The notes: generated by a model not told the origin, from the letters alone. A DNA stretch of 64,000 nt from Phycisphaerales bacterium (GCA_965227775.1 OZ245777.1:1408001-1472000), one strand, 5' to 3'; shown: positions 9,224 through 19,761, counted from the stretch's first letter. Made by a program: numbers and translations.

Positions 9224-11155
9224 ATGGCCGGCATTGAGAACGTCATCAATACGCTCAACGGTCTGCTCTTCAGCGACTACGTGGTCTACGCGCTGCTCTT
9301 GGTGGGCCTGGCGTTCACGATCTGGAGCGGCTTCGGCCAGTACCGCGCCCTGACCCACGGCGTGGCGGTCGTTCGCGGCAAGTACGACGACAAGAACGAT
9401 CCCGGCGCCATCAACCACTTCCAGGCGCTCTCCGCGGCACTCTCTGCAACGGTCGGCCTTGGCAACATCGGTGGTGTGGCGCTCGCGGTAGCGCTCGGCG
9501 GGCCTGGCGCCGTCTTCTGGATGTGGATCATCGGCATCCTGGGCATGGCCCTTAAGATGACCGAGGTCACCCAGAGCATGCTCTACCGCAACACCGACGA
9601 CCCCGACAACCCGCACGGCGGGCCCATGTTCGTGGTGCGCGAGGGCTTCAAGAAGTGGGGGCTTGGCCCGCTGGGCACGATCTTTGGCGGCGTCTTCTGC
9701 GTCACGCTGCTCATCAGCGCCATCACCGGCGGCAACATGTTCCAGGCCTGGAACGTGGCGGACCTGAGCACGAACTACTTCGAGGTGCCGCAGGTAGTCA
9801 CCGGCATCATCCTGGCGATCGTCGTCGGGCTTGTGATCATCGGCGGCATCAAGCGCATCGGTTCGGTCGCCGGCCGCATCGTGCCGCTCATGTGCGTGCT
9901 GTACGTCGCGGCGGCGCTGTACGTGCTGCTGATGAACATCTCGGTCATCCCCGAGATGATCATGCTCATCATCCGCAGCGGCCTGCCGGGCTTCCTGGGC
10001 GGGCAGGATCCTGTGCCTGCTGGTGCGTTCCTTGGCGGCACGTTTGCGTATGCGGCCATGTGGGGTGTGAAGCGTGCCCTGTTTAGCTCCGAGGCTGGCC
10101 AGGGTTCGAGCCCCATCGCTCACTCGGCGGCCAAGACCGACGAGCCCGTCCGCGAGGGCGTGGTGGCCGGGCTCGAGCCGTTCATCGACACCATCGTGGT
10201 GTGCACGCTGACGGCCCTGGTGATCCTCTCCAGCGGCGCGTACAACCGCCCGCCCGAGGCGTACATCCCGAGCGAGCAGGCCATGCAGGTCGTGCAGGCA
10301 ACCGACGCCGACGGCCAGCCCATTGAGAACACCTGGACCATTGGCAGCGCCCCATTGCCCGGCAAGACGGTGGCCGCCAAGCGCACGCTGAGCACGCCCG
10401 AGGGCGAGGCCGGCTGGCGTGATGGTGAGACGGTGTTCGTCGTGGTTGCCGCCGACCTGGATGAGAACACCGGCCGCAACCTGCGTCGCCTGAGCGGTAC
10501 AGTGACGCGCGATTCCGAGGACCGGTGGATCGTGAATTGGGGCACGCTCGAGAGCGAGGCAGAACCGACGCTTCGGTCGACGGTCGAGCCCGAAGCCGAA
10601 GCACCCGAGGGTGAAGCGACTGCCGCGCCTGAGGAGGATGCGGGCGTGGGCGTGTACGGCGACTACGCGGGCGCGAGCCTGACCGCACACGCGTTCGATC
10701 GCGTGACGCCCGGGCTTGGCAAGTGGCTGGTGACGGTCGCGGCGTGGCTGTTCGCAGTCTCGACGATGATTTCGTGGAGCTATTACGGTGAGCAGGGCAT
10801 CTTCTATCTCTTTGGCCAGCTTGGCAAGAAGAAGGTCGATGCCATCGTGCTGCTGTACAAGGTCGTCTATTGCTTGCTCATCCTGTTGACGACCGTGGCG
10901 GCCATGCCGATCGTGACCGGCCCCGACGGCTCGAAGCGTGCACTCATCGGTACCGACACGCAGCTGGACATGTGGACCACGCTTGGCCTGGGTGTCATGC
11001 TCGTGGCCAACATCCCGATCATGATCATCTTCGGCAGCCAGGCGATGAAGGCGTACCACGAGTACATGGGCCGCCTGAAGCGTGGCGAGCTCGAGGCTGG
11101 TGCGCATGAGCCGGCTTCGATCAAGGACGTCGCCGAGGGCAAGGACGTGGAGTAA
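9224..11155 (+). CDS. alsT: Sodium:alanine/glycine symporter (AGCS/AlsT family) with a large loop insertion (643 aa)
   Basis: HFQALSAALSATVGLGNIGGVA, GGPGAVFWMW, GVKRALFSSEAGQGSSPIAH, EPFIDTIVVCTLT, FAVSTMISWSYYGE; AAAGGA RBS before ATG 9224. Confidence 0.9.
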   Translation: MAGIENVINTLNGLLFSDYVVYALLLVGLAFTIWSGFGQYRALTHGVAVVRGKYDDKNDPGAINHFQALSAALSATVGLGNIGGVALAVALGGPGAVFWMWIIGILGMALKMTEVTQSMLYRNTDDPDNPHGGPMFVVREGFKKWGLGPLGTIFGGVFCVTLLISAITGGNMFQAWNVADLSTNYFEVPQVVTGIILAIVVGLVIIGGIKRIGSVAGRIVPLMCVLYVAAALYVLLMNISVIPEMIMLIIRSGLPGFLGGQDPVPAGAFLGGTFAYAAMWGVKRALFSSEAGQGSSPIAHSAAKTDEPVREGVVAGLEPFIDTIVVCTLTALVILSSGAYNRPPEAYIPSEQAMQVVQATDADGQPIENTWTIGSAPLPGKTVAAKRTLSTPEGEAGWRDGETVFVVVAADLDENTGRNLRRLSGTVTRDSEDRWIVNWGTLESEAEPTLRSTVEPEAEAPEGEATAAPEEDAGVGVYGDYAGASLTAHAFDRVTPGLGKWLVTVAAWLFAVSTMISWSYYGEQGIFYLFGQLGKKKVDAIVLLYKVVYCLLILLTTVAAMPIVTGPDGSKRALIGTDTQLDMWTTLGLGVMLVANIPIMIIFGSQAMKAYHEYMGRLKRGELEAGAHEPASIKDVAEGKDVE

Positions 11156-11203
11156 TCCGCACGACCTTTTCCCCAACAATGCTGATGAAGGGGAGGGTTC
11201 GAC

Positions 11204-11767
11204 ATGCTCGATTGGTTCTTCAACGACGGAGCCATCTGGTTCGCCGTGCCGGCGTTGTTCGGCACCGGGTTGTTCCTGATCCAGTTGTTCCTTGGTGAGC
11301 TTGGCGGCGATTTCGATGTCGATGTCGACGTCGATGCCGACATGAGCGGCGCGGGCGACTTTCGCGCCCTCAGCATCCAGACGATCGCTGCGTTCTGCCT
11401 CGGGTCGGGCTGGATGGGGCTTGCGGCCTTTCGTGTGCTCGAACTGGGCATGGTGGGCTCGGTCGCGATCGCGGTCATCAGTGGCGTTGGCGTGGCCTGG
11501 CTCATGGCGTATCTGACACGCCAGCTGTTCAAGCTGCAACGCTCGGGCAACATCAGTATCGCGCAGGCGGAAGGGCTTACCGGCGAGGTCGCCGTGACCG
11601 TGCCGCCGGCCAACGAGGGCCGAGGCGCCGTCTCGGTCGTCATCAACGGCCGTCGACGCGAGTACGACGCCGTACAAGCCGGTGAAGAGGCGATCCGACC
11701 GCGCACAAGTGTCACGATCGTCTCGGTCGACACCCAACAGAACACGCTCTCGGTCGAGCGGGCCTAA
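11204..11767 (+). CDS. NfeD-like membrane protein (TM helices + C-terminal OB fold)
   Basis: LSIQTIAAFCLGSGWMG, GLTGEVAVTVP..GRGAVSVVINGRRREYDA; directly upstream of a flotillin gene, the usual pairing. Confidence 0.85.
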   Translation: MLDWFFNDGAIWFAVPALFGTGLFLIQLFLGELGGDFDVDVDVDADMSGAGDFRALSIQTIAAFCLGSGWMGLAAFRVLELGMVGSVAIAVISGVGVAWLMAYLTRQLFKLQRSGNISIAQAEGLTGEVAVTVPPANEGRGAVSVVINGRRREYDAVQAGEEAIRPRTSVTIVSVDTQQNTLSVERA

Positions 11768-11833
11768 CGCACGCCGGGCCTATCCTGAGACACTCGAGGA
11801 CCGCCAGAGAGAGGCGGTGTAAGGGGGGATTGC

Positions 11834-13525
11834 ATGTCCACACTGAATGGTTCATGGCTCGACTGGATGCATGCGCTCGTCGCATCGAGCAGCTCGGGAT
11901 CGAGGTTCGGCATCTTCACGATGGTCGGCATCGGTGTTGCGCTCTTCGTCGCGCTGCTGGTCATCTGGTTCCTTGCGAGCCGGATCCAACGCTGCCCGCC
12001 GAACCGCGTGCTCGTCGTCTGGGGTAGCGCGGGCAAGACCGGCCGCCGGTGTTACAACGGCGGCATCAAGGTCGTGTTCCCCGTCATCCAGCAGCACGCC
12101 TACATGAGCACCGAGCCGCTGGTGATCGACATCCCCCTTGAGGGCGCGCTCTCGCTCAACAACATCCGCGTGAACGTGCCCGCGACGTTCACGGTGCGTA
12201 TCTGCCCCGATCCGATCCTCATGGCCGCCGCTGCAGAGAACCTGCTCGGCAAACCACCGCAAGCCATTCGCGAGCTCGCGCAGGACATCATCCTGGGCCA
12301 GCTGCGCCTGGTGATCGCGACGCTATCCATCGAAGAGATCAACAAGGACCGCGAGAAGTTCGAGAGCCTGATCCGCGAGAACGTGACCCAGGAGATCAAC
12401 AAGATCGGCCTGGAGCTCATCAACGTGAACATCCGCGACATTACCGATGAGAGTGGCTACATCCGCGCCATCGGTCAGCGTGCGGCCGCCGAGGCGATCA
12501 ACCAGGCTAAGGTCGAGGTTGCCCAGGCCGATCGCGATGGTGCGACGGGCGAGGCCGTTGCGAATCGCGAGCGAACCGTCAGCGTCGCGCGCGAAGACGC
12601 GGCGGCGACAGAGGGTGAGAAGGCGGCCGAGCGCCAGCAGCGTGTTGCGGTTGCCGAGTTCGAGGCCCAGGCCATCACGGGCGAGGCCGAGAGCAAGCGC
12701 GACCAGGACATCGCCGTCGCCGAACGCCGGGCTGAGACCGCCGCGGCGAGCAAGCGCGCCGAGCAGCAGCAGCGTGTCGCGGTTGCCGAAGCCGAGGCCC
12801 GCGCCGTCGAGGGCGAGAATAGCAGTCAGGGGCAGATCGCCGAGTACAACGCGAAGCTTGCCGAGGTGCGCGCCGAGAGCCGGCGCCGTTCGGATGTCGC
12901 GGCCGCTCAGGCGCACGAGGCCATCCTGAAGGCCGAGCGCGAGCAGGAGATCGCCCGCCTTGGCAAGGAAGAGCTGGCGCCCCAGGAGATCGAGAAGGAA
13001 CGCATCCAGATCGCGGCCGAAGCCGAGGCCGAGAAGATGCGTCGCGAGGCGCGAGGCGAGGCCGACGCTGTGCTCGCCAAGTACCAGGCCGAGGCCGAGG
13101 GTGTGCAGAAGGTGCTCGAGGCCAAAGCCGAGGGCTACCGCCAGCTCATGGCCGCCGCGGCGGACAATCCGCAGGTCGCGCCCACACTATTGCTCATCGA
13201 GCAGTTGCCGCAGCTCGTGGCCGAGCAGGTCAAGGCCATCAGCAACCTCAAGATCGACAAGATCACCGTGTGGGATACCGGCTCCGGGGGCGCGGGCAGC
13301 GGCATCGAGGGCAAGGCTGGCGTGCGCGGTACGACGAGCGACTTCCTGTCCGGGCTCATCGGGGCGCTGCCGCCCGTGCACGAGCTTGCGCGCCAGGCCG
13401 GCGTCGAGCTTCCCGGTGCGCTTGGCCGCGTGCAAGAAGCGCGCCGCGAAGCCAGCCCGGCTCCGGAGCACGACGGCCATGACGGGCCGCGCCCGGCCCG
13501 TGACTCGGGCGAGGGCAAGGCCTGA
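11834..13525 (+). CDS. Flotillin / SPFH domain protein (563 aa)
   Basis: N-terminal TM, RCPPNRVLVVWG, ALSLNNIRVNVP, GQLRLVIATLSIEEINKDR, AEA-rich coiled coil, NLKIDKITVWD. Confidence 0.93.
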   Translation: MSTLNGSWLDWMHALVASSSSGSRFGIFTMVGIGVALFVALLVIWFLASRIQRCPPNRVLVVWGSAGKTGRRCYNGGIKVVFPVIQQHAYMSTEPLVIDIPLEGALSLNNIRVNVPATFTVRICPDPILMAAAAENLLGKPPQAIRELAQDIILGQLRLVIATLSIEEINKDREKFESLIRENVTQEINKIGLELINVNIRDITDESGYIRAIGQRAAAEAINQAKVEVAQADRDGATGEAVANRERTVSVAREDAAATEGEKAAERQQRVAVAEFEAQAITGEAESKRDQDIAVAERRAETAAASKRAEQQQRVAVAEAEARAVEGENSSQGQIAEYNAKLAEVRAESRRRSDVAAAQAHEAILKAEREQEIARLGKEELAPQEIEKERIQIAAEAEAEKMRREARGEADAVLAKYQAEAEGVQKVLEAKAEGYRQLMAAAADNPQVAPTLLLIEQLPQLVAEQVKAISNLKIDKITVWDTGSGGAGSGIEGKAGVRGTTSDFLSGLIGALPPVHELARQAGVELPGALGRVQEARREASPAPEHDGHDGPRPARDSGEGKA

Positions 13526-13572
13526 TCGAATCCGCGCACCGCACAGGCGTGCACCACTGCGAGGAGAGTGCT

Positions 13573-14562
13573 ATGCATCGTTGGAATCTGAGACTCGGAT
13601 TCGTGGTCGCGTGCACGGGTGCTCTTGTGCTGGCAAGTCCGGTGGTTGCCCAGCAACCCGCCGACCAGGCGAGACAGGCCGAGCCGGCGTCGCCCGAGTT
13701 TGAGCTCGTCGCCGCGGGCGAGGATCCCGAGATCCGCCGCTATCAGTTTGAGGTGGGGCAGTCCGTCACGCTGCACATGATCAACGACGTGCAGATGAAG
13801 ATGGACATGGGTTTCGGCCTCCAGGGCCAGCCTTTGCCCACGAGCGAGCAGTACGTCACCATGCGCGTCGTCGATGTGGACGAAGCCGGCGTAGCCAGCA
13901 TTCGCCTGGTCATCGAGCGTGCCCGCGTGACGCCCGGCCAAGAGGTCGACCCGTTCGTGCGCGACGCCATCGAGGAGGGCCTGGGCGCGTACCAAGGGAT
14001 CGAGGCACGCTTCAAGCTCGACTCTCGCGGCAAGACCAGCGACGAGGTCGTCACCGATGCCGATGGCATGCCACTGGCGAATCCCGAGATCCGCCAATCA
14101 ATGGAAGAAACGATGAAGGCTTCGGGTGTTGCGCTGCCCGAAGAGCCCATCGGAGCCGGAGCCGTTTGGATCCAGCGCGAGACGATTAGCATCAACGGCG
14201 TGACCATGCTCCGAGAGAGCGCGCACACCGTCGAGTCGATCGAGGGCGACACGATGGTCGTGCGCTCGGACGTCAAGGTCTCAGCCGAACCGCACTTTGT
14301 CGAGAACGGCATGCTCCTTCCCGGCATGCGGCTCCGGCTCGATAGCACGAATATGCAAGGCTCCGGTCGTTCGGTCTTCTCTTTGGTGGGCCTGGAGTCC
14401 AGCTTCGACGTCAAGACCGCGGGCGACGTCAACATGACCGTGTTCCAGGACGGCGATGAGATGCGGATGCACCAGTGGCTCTCGATGGCCATCACGGCCA
14501 AGAGCCACGATGGCCCGTTGCCCGACGCCGACGAGGGTGAGGCCGACGGGCCGAGCTTCTGA
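13573..14562 (+). CDS. Secreted beta-rich hypothetical protein (329 aa)
   Basis: GAGGAG RBS; signal peptide ending VVA-QQ; LPEEPIGAGAVW motif. Family not firmly recognised. Confidence 0.75.
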   Translation: MHRWNLRLGFVVACTGALVLASPVVAQQPADQARQAEPASPEFELVAAGEDPEIRRYQFEVGQSVTLHMINDVQMKMDMGFGLQGQPLPTSEQYVTMRVVDVDEAGVASIRLVIERARVTPGQEVDPFVRDAIEEGLGAYQGIEARFKLDSRGKTSDEVVTDADGMPLANPEIRQSMEETMKASGVALPEEPIGAGAVWIQRETISINGVTMLRESAHTVESIEGDTMVVRSDVKVSAEPHFVENGMLLPGMRLRLDSTNMQGSGRSVFSLVGLESSFDVKTAGDVNMTVFQDGDEMRMHQWLSMAITAKSHDGPLPDADEGEADGPSF

Positions 14563-14602
14563 GCGCGTCTCTCTTTCACAAGCACCCATGAGGAGGGCGA
14601 CC

Positions 14603-15352
14603 ATGCGCATCTGCGTGCAGTCTCTGGTATTAATCGGGCTCGGCACAACGCTCGCAGGCTGCGTGTGCGGGCCCTGCAGCGAACCGCCGGCTGCTGCGCC
14701 GGCAGACGCCCAGTCCGCGGCCCACGACCACACCCGCGACTACGCGATGGTGTTCATTAAGACCGGCCCGCTGCGCTCGCCGACCCAAGCGCAGCAGTCT
14801 GAGGCGATGCAGGGCCACCTGGCCAATATGCAGCGCCTGGCTGCAGAGGGCACGCTGCTCATCGCTGGCCCGCTGGCCGAACCCAAGAGCGACCCTGATC
14901 ACCGCGGCATCTTCGTGTTCGACGCCGACACGATCGAGAAGGGCGCCTCCCTGGCGGCGACCGATCCGGGCGCGCAGATGGGTGTCTTCGTTATGGAGCC
15001 CTACCTGCTGAAAACCGACGCGCCGCTGACCGAGCTGACCCGGCTCGAGCGCGAGTTCGAGCAGCAGCGATTGGACGATCCCGATATTCCCGACGAGTGG
15101 TTTGGCCGGATGTACGTCATGGCCAGTGCGCCGTACGCCGATGAGCTTCGCGAGCAGGTTCGCGGGTCCGAGGGCGTGCTGATCGCCGGCACGCTGACGA
15201 ATCCTCGCGGGCAGGAGCGCGTGTTCGCCTGGATTGATGCGCCCAATCCGGTGCTCGCCGCCGGGCTGCTTCCCGAGGCAGAGTGGACCATGCACCCGTG
15301 GTTCGGCAGCCCGACGCTCGAGGAGCTTCCTGGGTTGCAAGCAACGCCATGA
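14603..15352 (+). CDS. YciI-family lipoprotein with a degenerate second YciI-like half (249 aa)
   Basis: AGGAGG RBS; lipobox LAGC; MQGHLANMQRLAAEGTLLIAGP...RGIFVF...ATDP; second half GVLIAGTL...WTMHPWFG. Confidence 0.8.
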   Translation: MRICVQSLVLIGLGTTLAGCVCGPCSEPPAAAPADAQSAAHDHTRDYAMVFIKTGPLRSPTQAQQSEAMQGHLANMQRLAAEGTLLIAGPLAEPKSDPDHRGIFVFDADTIEKGASLAATDPGAQMGVFVMEPYLLKTDAPLTELTRLEREFEQQRLDDPDIPDEWFGRMYVMASAPYADELREQVRGSEGVLIAGTLTNPRGQERVFAWIDAPNPVLAAGLLPEAEWTMHPWFGSPTLEELPGLQATP

Positions 15353-15430
15353 GGATTGGTTCATGACGGTCGGCACCCGGCGCGGGCCACCTTACAATGG
15401 TCCGAACCGCGAACTTCCGGGAGGCTCCGC

Positions 15431-16105
15431 ATGACCGAACACGATCACGCACAAACGCAGGCACAAGCCGAGGCCATCACCGGCGACGCGACCGCATCGG
15501 CCGGTGAGGTCCGCCGCCGCATCAGCGAGCTCGTCGCGAGTGCCGCCGCGACACCCGGCCGCGCGATCGAGGGTGGCGCCAGCGCCGTGCAACGCGTTGC
15601 AAGGGAAGTGCTCGAAGGTGCCAACCGCGGCGCGCACGCGCTCAGCGATGAGCGCAAGGACTCGGTCATGGCCGAGACGCTGGAAGGTCTGGGTGAGGGA
15701 CTCGGTAAGGCCGCCCACGCCACGCAATTGGCGCTGGAAGAGGCTCGCGCCCGTGGCGAGAACTTCGCCAAGGACGACGTGAAGGCCGCTATCGAGGACC
15801 TGCGCGCGGTGGAGGACCTGCTCATGGACTCGGCCTCCCGCTTGGCCCACGCCGCGGGCAGCAACGCAAAGGGCGCCGCGAGCGACCTAGGCAGCCACGC
15901 CGGCCGCGTGTTCGAGGGCATCCGACCCGCGGTCGAGGGCGCGCTGCGCGAGGCGATGCGCCATCCCGTCGCAACAGCCGGTGATGCCGCCGCGACGACC
16001 GTTGACGCGGCCCGCCTGGGTGTTGGCGCACTTTTCGATGTCGCCGGCGGCCTGCTCAAGGGCGCGGGCGGCATGATTAGCGGGAAGGACCCGCAACAGA
16101 AGTAG
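15431..16105 (+). CDS. Ala-rich amphipathic helical hypothetical protein (224 aa)
   Basis: GGAGG RBS and a TACAAT -10-like box upstream; all-helical A/E/G/R-rich sequence. Confidence 0.75.
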   Translation: MTEHDHAQTQAQAEAITGDATASAGEVRRRISELVASAAATPGRAIEGGASAVQRVAREVLEGANRGAHALSDERKDSVMAETLEGLGEGLGKAAHATQLALEEARARGENFAKDDVKAAIEDLRAVEDLLMDSASRLAHAAGSNAKGAASDLGSHAGRVFEGIRPAVEGALREAMRHPVATAGDAAATTVDAARLGVGALFDVAGGLLKGAGGMISGKDPQQK

Positions 16106-16120
16106 GCAGGCGGACGATTC

Positions 16121-17929
16121 CTAGGAGAGCCGCTTGCCAAAGAGCAGTCTGATCACGCCCAGCATCCCGGCGAACACGAGCGCCGCAAGGCCGATCCAGA
16201 ACAGCAGGCCCTCCGGCGCATCCGTCGTGCCGCGTGCGGCCGCAGCGCGGTCGGCAAGCAGCATGATCGACCCACCCACGACGAGCGCAGCGACCACGAG
16301 CGAGTAGCTGATGTTCCGGCTCGCACGCTCGAGCTCGTCGGTCACCTCGCTCAGGCCGTGGTGCTTGAGTTGCACGCCGAGCTCGTCATTGCGAATCATG
16401 TGCAGGATGCTTGCAACTTCCCTCGGCGCACGTTCAACGAGTTCGGCGTAGCCGAGGGCCGCGCCTTGCACGCGTCGCCTCGTGGCTCGAAAGCCGTACC
16501 GTCGACGCAGAAGCCCCTCGACGTGGGGGCGTACGTGTTCGACGATGTCGAAGCTCGGGCACACCATCTCGCCCACGCCTTCGATCGTCGTGATGGCCTT
16601 GATGAGGTACACGATGTCGGCCGGCACGCGCAGCTTGTGCTTGCGCAGCTTCGCAAAGAACTCACTGAGCAGCGCGCCCATGCGGAGGTCTGCTAGGTTC
16701 GCGCTCTGGAAGCGGCTGATGAACTCCCACGCGTCTGCGCGGAACGCCCGATCGTGCGCCTTCATCGGGCTCACGCCGGTCAACTCGATGACGACGTCCA
16801 GCACGCGATCGAGGTCGCCGGCGATCGTGCCTTGGACAAGGTCGGCGAGGACTTCGGCGGTCCGCGGGTCGATATTGCCGGTCATGCCATAGTCGATGAA
16901 GCACAGCCGGACCTCGGGGGCCTCCCGCTTTGTGAGCTCCGCCGCTTCGCCCTCGGGCCCCTCGACCACGGGATCGGCCAGCACGAACATGTTGCCCGGG
17001 TGCGGATCGGCGTGGAAGAAGCCAATCTCGAAGCACTGGCGGAAGACCACATCGCTCCCGATCGCCACGATCTCGCGCCGCTGCGCTTCGGTGAAGCGCG
17101 CGTCGCCGTCCTTCCTGAAGTCGCTCAGAAGCGTGCCCTTGACGTGCTCCATGCACAGGATCTCGGGCGTGCTGTGCTGGGGGTAGACCTTGGGGAACGT
17201 AACCCGGTCGTCCTCGGTGAACGACGCGGCCATGCGCGCCATGCTGCGGCGCTCGAGTTCCAGATCGATCTCGCGGCGAACCTGCCTGCGGAACTGCTCG
17301 ACCACGTCGATCGGGCTGTATCCAAGGTCGGCGAAGCGATCCTCGATGAACTCGGCCAGCGTCGCCATGATCTCCAGGTCGGCCTCGATGATCTCCTCGA
17401 TATCTGGACGCAAGACCTTGAGGATGACCTCGCCCCCGCCCGCGAGCGTCGCGCGGTGGGCCTGAGCGATCGAGCCGGCGGCCATCGCCTCGTACTCGAT
17501 GCGATGGAAGCGGGGGCCCTCTTCGCCCGTGTCGGGCATCCGCTCGATCAATGCGTCGATGTAGGGCTTGATCTCGTCGGCCGGGACGGGTCGCACCGTG
17601 CTCTGCAGCTTGGTGAACTCCTCCGCCCACTCCGGAGGGATGAGGTCGGGCCGCGTGCTGAGAACCTGTGCGAGCTTGACGAAGGTCGGCCCGAGTTCCT
17701 CCATGGCCTCGCGCAAGCGCACGGCCGTGGGCGTGCGCGTCACGCTCGCGTCTGGCCTGCTCAGCCCGATCATGCGCCGGCCGCGGAGCACCAGCCGATC
17801 GAGGTCCAGGTCGGCGATGGCCTTCCCAAACCCGAAGCTGGCCAGGACGGTCAGAATCTCCTTGGCCCGCCGGATGTTGCGGATCGTGCGGCCAAGGTGG
17901 GCGATGTTGGTCGGGAGCGTTCGCGGCAC
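16121..17929 (-). CDS. ABC1/AarF/UbiB family atypical kinase (about 602 aa)
   Basis: LGPTFVKLAQVLSTRPDL, AAGSIAQAH, VILKVLRP, GFFHADPHPGN, FIDYGMTG, two C-terminal TMs. GTG start chosen to avoid overlap with the upstream gene. Confidence 0.92.
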   Translation of the reverse strand: MPRTLPTNIAHLGRTIRNIRRAKEILTVLASFGFGKAIADLDLDRLVLRGRRMIGLSRPDASVTRTPTAVRLREAMEELGPTFVKLAQVLSTRPDLIPPEWAEEFTKLQSTVRPVPADEIKPYIDALIERMPDTGEEGPRFHRIEYEAMAAGSIAQAHRATLAGGGEVILKVLRPDIEEIIEADLEIMATLAEFIEDRFADLGYSPIDVVEQFRRQVRREIDLELERRSMARMAASFTEDDRVTFPKVYPQHSTPEILCMEHVKGTLLSDFRKDGDARFTEAQRREIVAIGSDVVFRQCFEIGFFHADPHPGNMFVLADPVVEGPEGEAAELTKREAPEVRLCFIDYGMTGNIDPRTAEVLADLVQGTIAGDLDRVLDVVIELTGVSPMKAHDRAFRADAWEFISRFQSANLADLRMGALLSEFFAKLRKHKLRVPADIVYLIKAITTIEGVGEMVCPSFDIVEHVRPHVEGLLRRRYGFRATRRRVQGAALGYAELVERAPREVASILHMIRNDELGVQLKHHGLSEVTDELERASRNISYSLVVAALVVGGSIMLLADRAAAARGTTDAPEGLLFWIGLAALVFAGMLGVIRLLFGKRLS

Positions 17930-17969
17930 GAGCAGAGGGTAGGTGTGGCGCGGTCTCGCAGCGTGGGCG

Positions 17970-19412
17970 CTAGTGCTCGACGCGCTTGCCCAGTAGCGGT
18001 CCCACGCGGTCGACAAGGCGGTTGAGCGTCTGGCGATCCTTCGCCTCGGCGTTCAGCCGGAGCAGTGGCTCCGTGTTGCTCATGCGCACGTTGATCCACC
18101 AGCCTTCCTTCTCGAAGGCGTCGATCGTGATGCCGTCGAGGTTGTCCACCAGCGCGTCGTCGCCGGCAATCTCTTCCTCGAGCTTGTTGATGGCTTCCTG
18201 CGGCTCCTCGTTCGTGAAGTTCAGCTCGCCGCTCTGCACGTATCGCGCGATGGGCTTGATGAGCTGGCTCAGGCTCCTCTTGCTGCGGCCGAGCAAGCCG
18301 AGCACGGTCGACATCGCGATGGCGCCAGAGTCGGCGTTGTAGTTGTCCTGGAAGTAGAAGTGTCCGCTAAGCTCGCCGCCAAACACGGCGCTGTGCTCGG
18401 CCATCGCGGCTTTCATGAACACGTGGCCCACGCGGCCGCGAACCGGCGTGCCGCCGTGCTTCTTTACTTCTTCCTCGACGGCTCTGCTCGAACGCAGGTC
18501 GTAGACAATGGCGCTGCCGGGGTGGCGCTCGAGCGCATCGGTGGCGAGCAGCGCGGTCAGGTGGTCGCAGCCGACGATCTGGGCCTCGTCGTCGACCACC
18601 ATGCAGCGATCGGCGTCGCCATCGAAGCAGAAGCCGACGTCGGCCTTGTGCTCGATCACCGCCTCTTGTGTATTGCGCATGTTGCTCTTGACCAGCGGGT
18701 TTGGCGGGTGCGCGAACTCGCCGCTGGTGTTGTCCATGTTGACAGTGATGAGCTCGATGCCGCAATCGAGGTAGCCCTCGACCAGTTCGCCCTTCTCACC
18801 GAAGACCTTGGGCAGCATCGTGCCGGCCATCGCGTTGGACGCATCGACGACGACCTTCAACGGCTTGCCGCGTGTTGCCGGGCCACCCTGGCGCAGGAAG
18901 TGCCGCACGTGCTTGGCGTAGGGCTTCCACAGGTCCCTCTGCTCGACGCGGCCGCTCGGGTCGTCGATCGTGCGCATGTCGGCCATCGCGGCGTGCTTGC
19001 GGATGTCGGCGAGGCCCGTCGCCTCGCCGATGGGCCTCGCCTTGGGGCCGGCGATCTTGAAGCCGTTCCAGTTGGGCGGGTTGTGGCTCGCGGTCACCAT
19101 GACGCCGCCCGCACAGCCCAAGTGGTTGATGGCGAAGTAAATCATGGGCGTGTCGACCAGACCCAGGTCGATGACGCTCACGCCGGTGCGCGTCAGCCCG
19201 TCGATGAGTTGCTCGGTGAGCACGGGCCCGCTCTCGCGCATGTCTCGGCCGACGACGACGGTGCGCATCATGGGCGTGTTCTCGCCCGTCGCTTTGGCGA
19301 CCTCGAGCACGAATCGGCCCGTGCCCACGCCCACCTGCCAGGCCATGCGATCGGTGAGAAGGTCGGGGTAGGTGCCCCGGATGTCGTAGGCCTTAAACAC
19401 ACGTCCAAGCAT
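17970..19412 (-). CDS. Phosphomannomutase/phosphoglucomutase (480 aa)
   Basis: VFKAYDIRG, VTASHNP (phosphoserine loop), FDGDADR (metal site), GELSGH, VRMSNTEPLLRLNAE. Confidence 0.95.
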   Translation of the reverse strand: MLGRVFKAYDIRGTYPDLLTDRMAWQVGVGTGRFVLEVAKATGENTPMMRTVVVGRDMRESGPVLTEQLIDGLTRTGVSVIDLGLVDTPMIYFAINHLGCAGGVMVTASHNPPNWNGFKIAGPKARPIGEATGLADIRKHAAMADMRTIDDPSGRVEQRDLWKPYAKHVRHFLRQGGPATRGKPLKVVVDASNAMAGTMLPKVFGEKGELVEGYLDCGIELITVNMDNTSGEFAHPPNPLVKSNMRNTQEAVIEHKADVGFCFDGDADRCMVVDDEAQIVGCDHLTALLATDALERHPGSAIVYDLRSSRAVEEEVKKHGGTPVRGRVGHVFMKAAMAEHSAVFGGELSGHFYFQDNYNADSGAIAMSTVLGLLGRSKRSLSQLIKPIARYVQSGELNFTNEEPQEAINKLEEEIAGDDALVDNLDGITIDAFEKEGWWINVRMSNTEPLLRLNAEAKDRQTLNRLVDRVGPLLGKRVEH

Positions 19413-19554
19413 GGTCGCTCCGCAGGGGTTCGGATTCGAGTGAGTCGGCCGCGGCACCGGAGTCGGTGCGGACCAGGCATCGAGCATAGACGGCAATTTT
19501 CGGATTGTTACGTTTGATAGATGTTTGTACGGATAGTCGCCAGAGAATTCTGGG

Positions 19555-19584
19555 TTGGCGTGCGGGCAGTTTTGTGTCTATCAT
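19555..19584 (+). promoter_or_regulatory. Candidate sigma70-type promoter for the rplK operon
   Basis: TTGGCG-N18-TATCAT in the AT-richer divergent intergenic region; a CCCGG-TTCG-CCGGG hairpin follows at 19591. Confidence 0.5.
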
Positions 19585-19720
19585 CTCGGCCCCGGTTCGC
19601 CGGGACCGGCCTGCAGGGCGTGTGTCCGAGGCCGACAACGCAACGCCGAACGCACCACCGCGTCGCGTGGAAGCCGATTGGCCGGCCCACGCATTCGGGT
19701 GCTCCTAAACCCTTCCGGGG

Positions 19721-19745
19721 ACCGGAGCCGCGATCCGAGGCCGGT
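19721..19745 (+). promoter_or_regulatory. Possible L1-binding autoregulatory site upstream of rplK
   Basis: ACCGGAGCC...GGCCGGT hairpin with a GGAGCC..GGC core just before the RBS; resembles rplK leaders by eye only. Confidence 0.3.
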
Positions 19746-19761
19746 GGGAGGTGGAGAACAG

